A DNA stretch of 50,597 nt, taken from Shigella phage S2_02. The notes beneath the pieces are model-generated. The model worked only from the letters and a program-made list of their open reading frames with translations, was not told the DNA's origin and did not search any database. A program made the translations under genes and the position numbers. Within the stretch, counting starts at the first letter, position 1, and every line of letters starts with the position of its first letter. Shown one piece after another: positions 6,788 through 15,854 of the stretch. The stretch lies in the sequence record OQ223306. One strand, 5' to 3'.

Positions 6788-6997
6788 ATGATGGTATCAA
6801 CTGATAAGTTTTTCACTTGCACTAAAACCTCTGAAGTATTCGAACTCGTTCATACTGATAACGGTGATTTCATGCATGACGGTTGCGACGTTTTTATCGA
6901 AGTGAAAGAAAGCGACTATGATGACGGAGTTTATTATAACCCGGCAGTGAACACTCAGTTCTTTACACCGATCGAAGAAGAAGGAGAAGAGGCATGA
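6788..6997 (+). CDS. small acidic protein (69 aa)
   Basis: ORF track; strongly acidic C-terminus (ESDYDDGVYY...EEEGEEA). Confidence 0.5.
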   Translation: MMVSTDKFFTCTKTSEVFELVHTDNGDFMHDGCDVFIEVKESDYDDGVYYNPAVNTQFFTPIEEEGEEA

Positions 6998-7338
6998 TTA
7001 CGATTAACTTGTCAGATAAACAAGCGCGCGAACTCCTGGGCACGATTGGTGAACAGCTTCACGTAAAAGGTGCTACGGCTGAATTGCTTAACCAGATCGA
7101 CAGGAAGCTTACACCAGTGTCGACGAATCAAGCTGAGTTTGCAGCATGGAAAAGCGAACGCATTACGCCAAACATTATCAGGGCGTGGAAGAGTAAGCAC
7201 AAAAAAGAAATCAATGTTGAGGATTTATTTACCGATGAATTAAGCCCTTCAAAGGTTGCTCAATATCAGTTGCGATACATGGAGTCGGTTTGCAATCAGG
7301 TTTTAGATGTTAACTTCTCATTTGGTGGAGGTAAATAA
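6994..7338 (+). CDS. hypothetical protein (114 aa)
   Basis: ORF track; ATGA overlap with upstream gene. Confidence 0.55.
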   Translation: MITINLSDKQARELLGTIGEQLHVKGATAELLNQIDRKLTPVSTNQAEFAAWKSERITPNIIRAWKSKHKKEINVEDLFTDELSPSKVAQYQLRYMESVCNQVLDVNFSFGGGK

Positions 7339-7568
7339 TGTTCGGTTTAAGTGAAGTGGAATGGAACGTAGTAAAGCGCGCGGCGAAGGAATTAAATAAA
7401 TTCGTTAGCGGCATGAAGAAGGAAGATCGTAAAAACGACAAGATTATGATTGACGTAATCTCAACTCACCACAAAAAGGTCGAGCCACTCATCGACCGCT
7501 ACAAATTTGTCTGGACTGCCGGGTATATTGCCGGTCGCGTAGGTAACAAAGAATGGGATTACGAATAA
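7338..7568 (+). CDS. hypothetical protein (76 aa)
   Basis: ORF track; TAATG overlap with upstream stop. Confidence 0.5.
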   Translation: MFGLSEVEWNVVKRAAKELNKFVSGMKKEDRKNDKIMIDVISTHHKKVEPLIDRYKFVWTAGYIAGRVGNKEWDYE

Positions 7569-7771
7569 TGGCTAATTTACCGAAGAAAGGCGATCAGGTT
7601 CGATGCATCACGTCACGCAATAGCGATGCTTTCTCGGCGGGATGCGCGTACGACGTTGAAAAAGTCAGTAAATCAAAGAAAATTGTATTCGTGTACGGGG
7701 ATGATGGAAATCTGCATGAGATTGACTACCCGCAGGATGTGACTAATGGTCAATTCGAAATTAATGATTGA
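7568..7771 (+). CDS. hypothetical protein (67 aa)
   Basis: ORF-track frame 7553..7771; ATG 7568 overlaps upstream TAA (TAATG) so preferred over 7553. Confidence 0.45.
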   Translation: MANLPKKGDQVRCITSRNSDAFSAGCAYDVEKVSKSKKIVFVYGDDGNLHEIDYPQDVTNGQFEIND

Positions 7772-7935
7772 CCTACGCCACTGAGCGGTGATAGCATTAA
7801 TCCCGTAGACAGACTAGGCGCAATTAAGCGCAACGCGTGAGACGACTCTCACACTCCCAGCTAACAAGCTCGGTTGCATAGTGGTTAAGCAACGCCGCAG
7901 ACCCGTAAGCGGCAATAATTCAAGAGGATTGCATA

Positions 7936-8097
7936 ATGCAAAACACTAAAGATGAATCAGTCAAAATTGAAATTAAAGTAACTCGCAACGGTGAAACCAC
8001 TAGTTATAAAAAACGATTAAATCCTGGCGAGGCTGTTATTGGTCGAATTGCTGGCGTTATGATTAAGGCGCAGGAAGATGAAGCGATTCAAAGTTAA
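7936..8097 (+). CDS. hypothetical small protein (53 aa)
   Basis: ATG with SD AAGAGGA; below ORF-track cutoff; follows a 164-bp non-coding gap. Confidence 0.35.
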   Translation: MQNTKDESVKIEIKVTRNGETTSYKKRLNPGEAVIGRIAGVMIKAQEDEAIQS

Positions 8098-8264
8098 ATT
8101 AATCATTCGAAAGATGGGAATGTTTTGCCAGTCGTGCAAGCAATCTTTCGAAACTGAATTATCAGCAACCAGTCAGGCAGAAGCCATCACGAAAGCAAAA
8201 AAACTTTCCGGCGCTAATCTTGACACTCACAAAATAAACATTGAATTAATCAAGGAGATTTAAC

Positions 8265-8492
8265 ATGACCATTTTTTTATTGATTCTTGCTGGTATCGTT
8301 ATTTTTGGTGCTGGTTTGTTTGCTGGATTCGCACTTGTGGCGGCAGCAATTGCGATGGACGCGAAGAATAAAACTGGTGTATGGCTGACCTACTCGCCTA
8401 AGAAGGACCAATGGGAAATGACTGGCGACCTTGCTCACTGCTACTCTAAAGCACAGACCCACCCAAAAGGCATTAAACGACGATTATCGTGA
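8265..8492 (+). CDS. small membrane protein (75 aa)
   Basis: ORF track; SD AAGGAG; N-terminal hydrophobic segment IFLLILAGIVIFGAGLFAGFALVAAAIA. Confidence 0.55.
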   Translation: MTIFLLILAGIVIFGAGLFAGFALVAAAIAMDAKNKTGVWLTYSPKKDQWEMTGDLAHCYSKAQTHPKGIKRRLS

Positions 8493-8501
8493 TAAATACT
8501 A

Positions 8502-8524
8502 ACCCGCTTCGGCGGGTTTTTTTA
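8502..8524 (+). terminator. Rho-independent terminator closing the rightward early region
   Basis: CCCGC-TTCG-GCGGG hairpin followed by T7. Confidence 0.7.
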
Positions 8525-8535
8525 TGCCTGCAATA

Positions 8536-8561
8536 TGGTAAAATAACACTAAATGTTAAAC
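8536..8561 (+). promoter_or_regulatory. Putative late promoter (extended -10 TGgTAAAAT) overlapped by box copy AATAACACTAAATGTTAAAC
   Basis: TGGTAAAAT 8536-8544; box 8542-8561 spans predicted start and abuts TerS SD. Confidence 0.4.
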
Positions 8562-8576
8562 AAAGAGGATGGATTT

Positions 8577-9101
8577 ATGAGTGAACCTAAGAACGTTCCC
8601 GTTGTTCAGGGGGGTAATTTCAAAGAGCTATACAAGAAAAAGTTCGGCACTGTTCTTGCGAAGAACCGGGCAATGACACCAGAGCAACTATTCGATCTGT
8701 CAGTGAAGTATTTCGAATGGGCCGAGGACAACGCAATCAAGGCGTCAGAATCAGCCAGCTTTCAGGGTGGCGTTTATGAATCGCTTGTCCATAAGCCGCG
8801 CGTCTTCACCTGGACCGGATACCGACTATTTATCGGTGCAAGCGAGGCTGCAATCATTAAGTGGAAGCGAGAGGAAGAGTACAGTGAGGTTATGGAGTTT
8901 GTGGAATCGGTAATCAACGAGCAAAAATTCCAGCTTGCCGCCAACGGTGTTATTAATGCCTCCTTTATCGGTAAGGATCTCGGAATCGATAAGCCAACCT
9001 CAATAAATATCGAAAACTCGTCAGCCTCCGCATCGACAGTAGTCGCCACTACTGAGGATGCAATGAAGGACGCGGTAGACAAGGTTATTGGATTGCTGTA
9101 G
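8577..9101 (+). CDS. terS: terminase small subunit (174 aa)
   Basis: ORF-track frame 8553..9101; ATG 8577 has SD AGAGGA; position immediately upstream of TerL in packaging module. Confidence 0.55.
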   Translation: MSEPKNVPVVQGGNFKELYKKKFGTVLAKNRAMTPEQLFDLSVKYFEWAEDNAIKASESASFQGGVYESLVHKPRVFTWTGYRLFIGASEAAIIKWKREEEYSEVMEFVESVINEQKFQLAANGVINASFIGKDLGIDKPTSINIENSSASASTVVATTEDAMKDAVDKVIGLL

Positions 9102-9129
9102 TATCTTACCCACGGATGGGTAACATTTT

Positions 9130-9705
9130 ATGGGTTTGACTATGAACACAGGATTAGCAAGAGAAGTAAGTTCAGATGATGAGGCGTGGTTGTTGGAGCA
9201 CGTATATTACGACGAATCATCACCTACATCGTTGAGATTTAAGAACATGTTTCATAGGAATAAGGAAAACTCCGCCGCATTCAGGGAGGTTACTAAAGAC
9301 GGTTATTTTAGAGGTCAGCGCGGTAGTAGGGGTAGGAGGTTTTTTGCTCATCGCGTGGTGTGGTTCCTTCATTATGGGGTATGGCCTGAAAAAATAGATC
9401 ACATTGATGGTGACAGACAAAACAATGCAGTAAAAAACCTGCAAGAAACTGACGCGATGAGGAATCAGCAGAATAGAGATTGCAATGATATTGCTGGTGG
9501 ATATTTTGAGAAAAGGGTTGGTCGATGGCATTGCAGGATTAAGAGGAAAGGCAAGGTAACATTCATTGGTTATTTTGACACTCCGGAAGAATGTAGAGCA
9601 GCATACGCGAAAGCGAAATTAGAAATTCATGAAAACTTGTGTGAAAGGTCATTTAATGAAGGGGAGTTGAAAAATGTTGCAATGGGAAGAGTTAAACAAT
9701 CTTGA
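9130..9705 (+). CDS. HNH endonuclease with AP2-like domain (191 aa)
   Basis: ORF track; HNH motif region HRVVWFLHYG...IDHIDGDRQNN; paralog of 38762..39241 and 49475..50002; overlaps TerL start by 32 nt. Confidence 0.75.
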   Translation: MGLTMNTGLAREVSSDDEAWLLEHVYYDESSPTSLRFKNMFHRNKENSAAFREVTKDGYFRGQRGSRGRRFFAHRVVWFLHYGVWPEKIDHIDGDRQNNAVKNLQETDAMRNQQNRDCNDIAGGYFEKRVGRWHCRIKRKGKVTFIGYFDTPEECRAAYAKAKLEIHENLCERSFNEGELKNVAMGRVKQS

Positions 9706-11242
9706 GAAGCTGGCTATAAAGAAAATATCTGAGGCAAGCTTCTCTGGAATGATTAGGGCATGGTTCCAGATTATGCAGGCGCAAAAATACTCAATGAACT
9801 GGCATCACATTTACTTGTGTCATGAGGCTGAAGAGATTGTTGCGGGTCGTCGCGGTAACACCATCTTTAACGTAACGCCAGGATCATCAAAAACTGAGAT
9901 ATTCTCAATCCACCTCCCGGTGTACGCAATGCTTAAGTGTAAAAAGATTCGTAACCTTAACGTGTCGTTTGCCGACAGCCTGGTGAAGCGTAACAGTAAG
10001 CGAGTTCGTGAGATTATCAGCAGCAACGAATTCCAGGAGCTATGGCCCTGCAAGTTCGGCACATCTAAAGACGAAGAGATTCAGGTTCTGAATAGTGACG
10101 GAAAGGTTTGGTTTGAGCTAATCTCCGCAGCGGCTGGCGGTCGTATTACAGGTTCTCGTGGTGGCTACATGATGCCGGGATTCTCAGGGATGGTAATGCT
10201 CGACGACATCGACAAGCCTGATGATATGTTCTCAAAGGTTAAGCGTGAGCGTACGCACATGCTATTGAAAAACACCATCCGTTCCCGTCGTATGCATAAC
10301 GAGACTCCTATTATTGCAATTCAGCAACGACTACATGCTCAGGATTCAACATGGTTCATGATGAATGGCGGGATGGGTATTGAGTTTGACCAAATATCAA
10401 TACCGGCACTGGTGACGGAAGAATACGGAAAGACACTTCCTGATTGGTTGCAGCCTTACTTTGAGCGTGATGTTTTATCGTCTGAGTATGTAGAATTGGA
10501 TGGCGTTAAGCATTACTCTTTTTGGCCCAGCAAGGAAAGCGTTCACGACCTGTTAGCGTTACGAGAAGCAGATCAGTATACCTTTGATTCTCAGTATCAG
10601 CAGAAACCGATCGCGCTGGGTGGCTCCGTGTTTAACTCAGAGTGGTGGACTTATTACGGCAGCAGCCTTGACGCTGATGAGCCAGATCCGGGTAAATATG
10701 ATTACAGATTCATCACTGCCGATACCGCTCAGAAGACAGGTGAGCTAAACGACTACACAGTCTTTTGCTTGTGGGGTAAGAAGAACGATAAGGTTTACTT
10801 TATTGACGGCATTCGCGGTAAGTGGGAAGCGCCGGATATGGAGAAACAATTTACCGCTTTCGTTAATCAGGCATGGAGACACAATAAATCAATGGGCGTG
10901 CTTCGAAAAATCTACGTGGAAGATAAAGCGAGCGGTACGGGCCTTATCCAGAACCTCAGGAAAAAGACTCCGATCTCTATCACTCCGTTGCAGCGTAACA
11001 AAGACAAAGTTACCCGCGCTATGGATGCTCAGCCAGTTATTAAAGCCGGGCGTGTGGTTCTGCCAGAAGAGCACCCTATGCTTGCTGAAATTATCACTGA
11101 ACACAGCGCCTTCACTTACGATGACACCCATCCGCATGATGATATCGTCGATAACTTCATGGATGCGGCGAACATCGAATTGCTGACCATTGATGATCCT
11201 ATCGAGAGAATGAAGCGGCTCGCCGGGATGGTTAAGCGGTAA
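9674..11242 (+). CDS. terL: terminase large subunit (522 aa)
   Basis: ORF track; ATPase Walker-A-like PGSSKT and Walker-B-like VMLDDID; size and position typical of TerL. Confidence 0.9.
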   Translation: MLQWEELNNLEKLAIKKISEASFSGMIRAWFQIMQAQKYSMNWHHIYLCHEAEEIVAGRRGNTIFNVTPGSSKTEIFSIHLPVYAMLKCKKIRNLNVSFADSLVKRNSKRVREIISSNEFQELWPCKFGTSKDEEIQVLNSDGKVWFELISAAAGGRITGSRGGYMMPGFSGMVMLDDIDKPDDMFSKVKRERTHMLLKNTIRSRRMHNETPIIAIQQRLHAQDSTWFMMNGGMGIEFDQISIPALVTEEYGKTLPDWLQPYFERDVLSSEYVELDGVKHYSFWPSKESVHDLLALREADQYTFDSQYQQKPIALGGSVFNSEWWTYYGSSLDADEPDPGKYDYRFITADTAQKTGELNDYTVFCLWGKKNDKVYFIDGIRGKWEAPDMEKQFTAFVNQAWRHNKSMGVLRKIYVEDKASGTGLIQNLRKKTPISITPLQRNKDKVTRAMDAQPVIKAGRVVLPEEHPMLAEIITEHSAFTYDDTHPHDDIVDNFMDAANIELLTIDDPIERMKRLAGMVKR

Positions 11243-11260
11243 TAAATGAGATATAATCAA

Positions 11261-11287
11261 GGCTGTCAATTGACGGCCTTTTTTATT
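11261..11287 (+). terminator. Hairpin + T-run between TerL and portal (attenuator-like)
   Basis: GGCTGTCAATTGACGGCC palindrome followed by TTTTTTATT, then SD GGAGGA of portal. Confidence 0.45.
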
Positions 11288-11296
11288 GGAGGAAAC

Positions 11297-12580
11297 ATGA
11301 AAATTGTTAAGCATGATGGATATAACGATATCTTTAACGGCGGTGCAGACGGATCGCCTAAGCCATTCTTTATGTCTGATGCATCATATCACGTAGGATC
11401 TTTCTACAACGACAACGCAACCGCGAAGCGAATTGTGGATGTTATCCCGGAAGAGATGGTGACGGCTGGATTTAAAATGTCAGGCGTCAAGGATGAAAAA
11501 GAGTTCAAGTCTCTGTGGGATAGTTACAAAATTGATTCTAGCTTGGTTGACGTTCTTTGCTGGGCGAGACTATACGGTGGGGCTGCTATTGTGGCAATCA
11601 TCAAAGACAACAGAATGCTAACCAGCCCCGTTAAACCTGGCGCTAAACTTGAGGGCGTGCGTGTTTACGATCGATTTGCAATCACCGTTGAAAAGAGAGT
11701 AACCAATGCTCGATCGCCTCGCTATGGTGAGCCTGAGATATACAAGGTATCTCCTGGCGATAATCTTCAACCTTACTTAATCCACCACACAAGAATTTTT
11801 ATTGCTGATGGTGAGCGAGTAACCCCTCAGATTCGCAAGCAGAATCAGGGGTGGGGTGCTTCAGTTTTGAATAAGTCACTGATTGATGCAATCTGCGACT
11901 ACGACTATTGCGAATCACTTGCGACTCAGATCCTGCGGCGTAAGCAACAGGCGGTATGGAAGGTCAAAGGTCTTGCCGAAATGTGCGATGATGACGATGC
12001 TCAGTATGCTGCGCGCCTGCGACTTGCTCAGGTTGATGACAACTCCGGAGTAGGCCGTGCGATCGGTATCGATGCTGAGACGGAAGAATACGATGTTCTA
12101 AACTCTGATATCAGCGGAGTGCCTGAGTTCTTATCGAGCAAGATGGATCGTATTGTTTCCCTTTCAGGGATTCATGAGATTATCATCAAAAATAAGAACG
12201 TAGGCGGCGTATCAGCGAGCCAAAACACAGCGCTTGAGACTTTCTATAAGCTGGTAGATCGTAAGCGTGAGGAAGATTACAGGCCTCTTCTTGAGTTCTT
12301 GCTGCCGTTCATTGTTGACGAGCAAGAGTGGTCGATCGAGTTTGAGCCTTTGTCTGTTCCGAGTAAGAAAGAGGAATCAGAGATCACGAAGAATAACGTT
12401 GAGTCAGTCACGAAAGCTATCACTGAGCAAATCATCGATCTGGAAGAAGCTCGAGACACGTTGCGATCCATTGCCCCTGAGTTCAAACTCAAGGATGGTA
12501 ATAACATCAACATTCGCGAACAGGAAGAAACAACCGAACCGGAACCGGGATTAGGGGAGAAGTTAGAAGATGAAAATTAA
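11297..12580 (+). CDS. portal protein (427 aa)
   Basis: ORF-track frame 11246..12580; ATG 11297 has SD GGAGGA; size and position after TerL. Confidence 0.85.
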   Translation: MKIVKHDGYNDIFNGGADGSPKPFFMSDASYHVGSFYNDNATAKRIVDVIPEEMVTAGFKMSGVKDEKEFKSLWDSYKIDSSLVDVLCWARLYGGAAIVAIIKDNRMLTSPVKPGAKLEGVRVYDRFAITVEKRVTNARSPRYGEPEIYKVSPGDNLQPYLIHHTRIFIADGERVTPQIRKQNQGWGASVLNKSLIDAICDYDYCESLATQILRRKQQAVWKVKGLAEMCDDDDAQYAARLRLAQVDDNSGVGRAIGIDAETEEYDVLNSDISGVPEFLSSKMDRIVSLSGIHEIIIKNKNVGGVSASQNTALETFYKLVDRKREEDYRPLLEFLLPFIVDEQEWSIEFEPLSVPSKKEESEITKNNVESVTKAITEQIIDLEEARDTLRSIAPEFKLKDGNNINIREQEETTEPEPGLGEKLEDEN

Positions 12581-13331
12581 TGGCGTTGCAACACAGTGGC
12601 GCTATCCTGAAATGAGCGAGCGCGCAATGTCGCGCTCCCTACAGGATGTTGCAGCCAAACTAACTGAAAAAATGCGTGACGAATTAAAGCCGATGAAATT
12701 TGATGCTACCGACGAAGAGATAGATCAGACAGAAAGGTCATTGCTTGATTACGTTGAATCACTCATCGCTCCGATTATTGGTTCTCTATCATCCGTTGCG
12801 CTCACGATCTATAAATTCAACTCTAAGCAGTGGCTGCGTATCGCTCGCAATGCTGGAGGTAAGAAGAATCAAGCCGTGATGCTACTTGCCCTGATTGGTC
12901 CTGCCGCTGCCGAAAGCTGGTACTCAGGACAATATAATCTGTGGCGATCGCAGGTGACTACTTCTATCAGGAAATTTGCTGCCAACATGGTTACTGATTT
13001 CACTGATAAACTTCGTGCGGCATCCGGTCAGGGTAAAAGCAAGGATTTTGTTGTTGAACTTGCTAATGAGCGATTTGGTGTTTACCGGAATTGGGCCAAA
13101 AATAGAGCATCGGGAATTGTTGGAACCTGGAACAGTAGACTAATGCGTCAGCGCATAAAAGACGCTGGAGTCTCTTACTATTTCTGGCGTGGGGTGATGG
13201 ATTTACGTGAACGTGAAAAACATGTAAGATGGGAAGGAAAACGCATAGCGGTAGATTCCGATCACGTATTCCCAGGTGAAGAATACAACTGCCGTTGTTG
13301 GGCTGTTCCAGACTTTTCTACAGGAGATTAA
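12570..13331 (+). CDS. head morphogenesis protein (Mu F / SPP1 gp7-like) (253 aa)
   Basis: ORF track; position after portal; assignment by synteny and composition. Confidence 0.55.
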   Translation: MKINGVATQWRYPEMSERAMSRSLQDVAAKLTEKMRDELKPMKFDATDEEIDQTERSLLDYVESLIAPIIGSLSSVALTIYKFNSKQWLRIARNAGGKKNQAVMLLALIGPAAAESWYSGQYNLWRSQVTTSIRKFAANMVTDFTDKLRAASGQGKSKDFVVELANERFGVYRNWAKNRASGIVGTWNSRLMRQRIKDAGVSYYFWRGVMDLREREKHVRWEGKRIAVDSDHVFPGEEYNCRCWAVPDFSTGD

Positions 13332-13333
13332 AA

Positions 13334-14446
13334 ATGAAGGCAAAGCAAAGATTCGATTCAGTAAAAATCAAGGCTCACTTTGATGATAACGGTTTTTTAG
13401 TTGACCGCCCAATCGTGGCGCGAATCGGCGCTCAGGTTTACAAAACGCCGCACGGCGATCGAGTTGAGTTCCGTCCGGCGTCCGAAGTTTTCAAGCAAGA
13501 TTCCTTGCAAAGTTTTGCAGGCAAGCCGATCACAGTCGGTCACGTAACGGTGACACCCCAAAATGCTAAGGATGTTGTTGTCGGATCGTGTGCTGGCGCT
13601 GGTATTGCTTCAGGGGTTGGCGTTGAAGTTCCTTTAAGTATTTACAGCGACTACGCGATCAGTAAAGCTAAAGCGAAGGAGGCCGGGGAATTATCTGTAG
13701 GGTATACGTCGGTAGATATTGATAAGCCAGGCTGGGGTTCAAATGAGACTGGAGAATATATCTTCGAAGAGGATATGAAACAGGACGAAGCGCCGCCTGA
13801 AGGTTGGGTGAAATTCGACGCGGTACAAACTAATATCAAGGTCAACCATATCGCCCTAGTTTTTAAAGGTCGTGCTGGAATTGCTAAATTAAACCTTGAT
13901 GCCGAACAGGAGTTCCCGTATGATAATAACGTTCAATTAACTAACGAGGACAAGCAAATGAAAAAAATTAAGATCGACTCAGTTGATGTGGAAGTAACCG
14001 AAGACGTTGCGAACCATATCGAAAAATTAACCGCGCAGATTGCCACCATTCAGGGGAAAGCTGATGGCTTTGAAGCTGAGCGCGATGCGCTGAAGGTTAA
14101 GGTTGACTCTCTGCCGGAACTTGTGAAGGCCGAGGTAGAGAAGCAAAAAGCCGATGCCGCCGCACGCGCAGAAGTTACCGCAGTAGCAGAAACCGCAGGC
14201 GTCAAACATGATGGTCTTGATATCAAAGACGTCAAGATTGCCGTAGTTAAAGCCATGCTTGATAAAGATGTTAGTGAAAAATCAGACGCATATATCGACG
14301 CTATGTTTGATGTTGCTAAAGATTCTGATATCATGGCTATTCAGCGTAAAGCAGTAAAAGGCGACTCTATCGAAGGCGGTAAGCCGGAAGAGAAAAACGA
14401 CGCCGCGCCTGTTACGCCAAATTCACGTTTAAGCAAAGTAATGTAA
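13334..14446 (+). CDS. putative capsid scaffolding / prohead-protease-like protein (370 aa)
   Basis: ORF-track frame 13295..14446; ATG 13334 has SD AGGAGA; C-terminal half is Ala/Glu/Lys-rich coiled-coil-like. Confidence 0.45.
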   Translation: MKAKQRFDSVKIKAHFDDNGFLVDRPIVARIGAQVYKTPHGDRVEFRPASEVFKQDSLQSFAGKPITVGHVTVTPQNAKDVVVGSCAGAGIASGVGVEVPLSIYSDYAISKAKAKEAGELSVGYTSVDIDKPGWGSNETGEYIFEEDMKQDEAPPEGWVKFDAVQTNIKVNHIALVFKGRAGIAKLNLDAEQEFPYDNNVQLTNEDKQMKKIKIDSVDVEVTEDVANHIEKLTAQIATIQGKADGFEAERDALKVKVDSLPELVKAEVEKQKADAAARAEVTAVAETAGVKHDGLDIKDVKIAVVKAMLDKDVSEKSDAYIDAMFDVAKDSDIMAIQRKAVKGDSIEGGKPEEKNDAAPVTPNSRLSKVM

Positions 14447-14457
14447 GGGGAAATATC

Positions 14458-14934
14458 ATGGCACAAATTAATGCATCTTATCAGCGAGATATGGCGATTG
14501 CGCTTCCGGGTATGGTTGCGGATACTTCAAAGTACAATATTGACGGCGCTTGTGTCGTTAATGAAGGTGATGTTCTTGTTGGCGCTGCCGTACAGGTCGT
14601 TCAAGCTCAGGCGGTTGATGGTCATAAGTTGGTTAAGGCTCTTACTACCGGAGCAACTCCTTACGGCGTGGCAATCCGATCTCACTGGCAGACTGTTAAC
14701 GCTCAAAATCAGATGATTTACGAAGATGGCGGCGCTATCAACGTGATGACTTCAGGTCGAGTATGGATGCTTTCCAAATCCACCGAAGCACCAACTTTCG
14801 GCTCTGCCGTTAAACTTGATGTTGATGGTCAGGAAAAATCTGATGGCACGATCGAAACAACCTGGACCTACGCTGGCGGTTGGACTAAATACAAAGATAT
14901 TCAGCTTGTTGAGGTTCAGTTGCATCAACTGTAA
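14458..14934 (+). CDS. capsid-associated protein, paralog A (158 aa)
   Basis: ORF track; shares N-terminal motif TSKYNIDGACV...GAAVQVV...TPYG with 14996..15763. Confidence 0.5.
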   Translation: MAQINASYQRDMAIALPGMVADTSKYNIDGACVVNEGDVLVGAAVQVVQAQAVDGHKLVKALTTGATPYGVAIRSHWQTVNAQNQMIYEDGGAINVMTSGRVWMLSKSTEAPTFGSAVKLDVDGQEKSDGTIETTWTYAGGWTKYKDIQLVEVQLHQL

Positions 14935-14948
14935 TTAGCGTTTAATAT

Positions 14949-14982
14949 GGGGACTATCCTTTTTTGGATAGTCCTTTTTTTA
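14949..14982 (+). terminator. Rho-independent terminator between capsid paralogs
   Basis: 9-bp stem GGACTATCC/GGATAGTCC, T6 loop, T7 tail. Confidence 0.65.
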
Positions 14983-14995
14983 TGGAGAAATCATT

Positions 14996-15763
14996 ATGGC
15001 TTACGAAAATTTAATGTTGCGCCCAGCGTGTCCGGGAAATCTTTCTGATACTTCAACCTACAATATTGATGGCGCTTGCGTGGCTCAAGGTGACATTGAG
15101 TTCGGCGCGGCGGTTCAGGTTGTCGGCATCGTTGATGGTGTAAAAGTCGTCAAAGTACTTTCTGATGGCGGGACTCCTTACGGTATCGCTTTCCGTTCTC
15201 AATATGAACACCTGAGCGGTAAAATTCTCGACGGCGAAGTTTGCAACGTCGTTTCTCACGGTCGCATGTGGGCGCTTACTTCTCTTGATGAGGCTCCCGG
15301 CTTGTTCTCAAAGTTGCAGTTTGGATCTGGTGGAGTTGTTACTGGTGGGTCTGGTTCCGCAGGATGGACCTTTGCTGGCGGCTTTGTTAAGCATGAAGAT
15401 GGCTACATTATTGAGGTTCAGGTGAAACAAAATGCTTTCATTGTTCCACCGCCGCCGCCCCCTGTCGTTCTTGTTGAATCCGCTACAATCACCACTGACA
15501 AGGAAAGCCCTCAGCCAAACAACGTTACGATCCAGTGTGTAGCTAATGTTATTCCAGCTAATGCAACTGATAAGACTGGCAAGTGGTCAATAGACGCTAC
15601 CAATATCGCTACTATCGATCCTGACTCAGGTCTTGTAACTCCTGCTGGTGGAGAATCGGTCGGTGATTTCAATATCACATGGACGGCTAACGATGCCAGC
15701 AAGACGACGGCAACCATTGCTTATCGCGTAGAAGCAGTGCCAGAGCCAGAGGTTGATGCATAA
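14996..15763 (+). CDS. capsid-associated protein, paralog B, with poly-Pro linker and Ig-like C-terminal domain (255 aa)
   Basis: ORF track; N-terminus paralogous to 14458..14934; PPPPPP linker; C-terminal beta-rich segment resembling Big_2-type Ig domain. Confidence 0.5.
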   Translation: MAYENLMLRPACPGNLSDTSTYNIDGACVAQGDIEFGAAVQVVGIVDGVKVVKVLSDGGTPYGIAFRSQYEHLSGKILDGEVCNVVSHGRMWALTSLDEAPGLFSKLQFGSGGVVTGGSGSAGWTFAGGFVKHEDGYIIEVQVKQNAFIVPPPPPPVVLVESATITTDKESPQPNNVTIQCVANVIPANATDKTGKWSIDATNIATIDPDSGLVTPAGGESVGDFNITWTANDASKTTATIAYRVEAVPEPEVDA

Positions 15764-15775
15764 CATAAAAACACT

Positions 15776-15803
15776 TTGACGCTTTAACAAAAAGTGCTAT
15801 TAT
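15776..15803 (+). promoter_or_regulatory. Putative sigma70-type promoter for major capsid gene (TTGACG-16-TATTAT) with box copy in the spacer
   Basis: TTGACG 15776-15781, TATTAT 15798-15803; reverse-orientation box 15781-15801 fills the spacer. Confidence 0.45.
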
Positions 15804-15806
15804 TGA

Positions 15807-15836
15807 AGCCGTGAACATAATCACGGCTTTTTTATT
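15807..15836 (+). terminator. Hairpin + T-run upstream of major capsid gene
   Basis: GCCGTGA-acataa-TCACGGC followed by T6. Confidence 0.5.
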
Positions 15837-15854
15837 AACTACGGAGAAGTAATC

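Noticed and set aside
7772-7935. tRNA or structured RNA gene in the 164-bp non-coding gap
   Set aside because: No T-loop GTTCNANNC motif or cloverleaf pairing found by eye; only a short GTGAGA/TCTCAC hairpin. No tRNA signature seen anywhere in the window.
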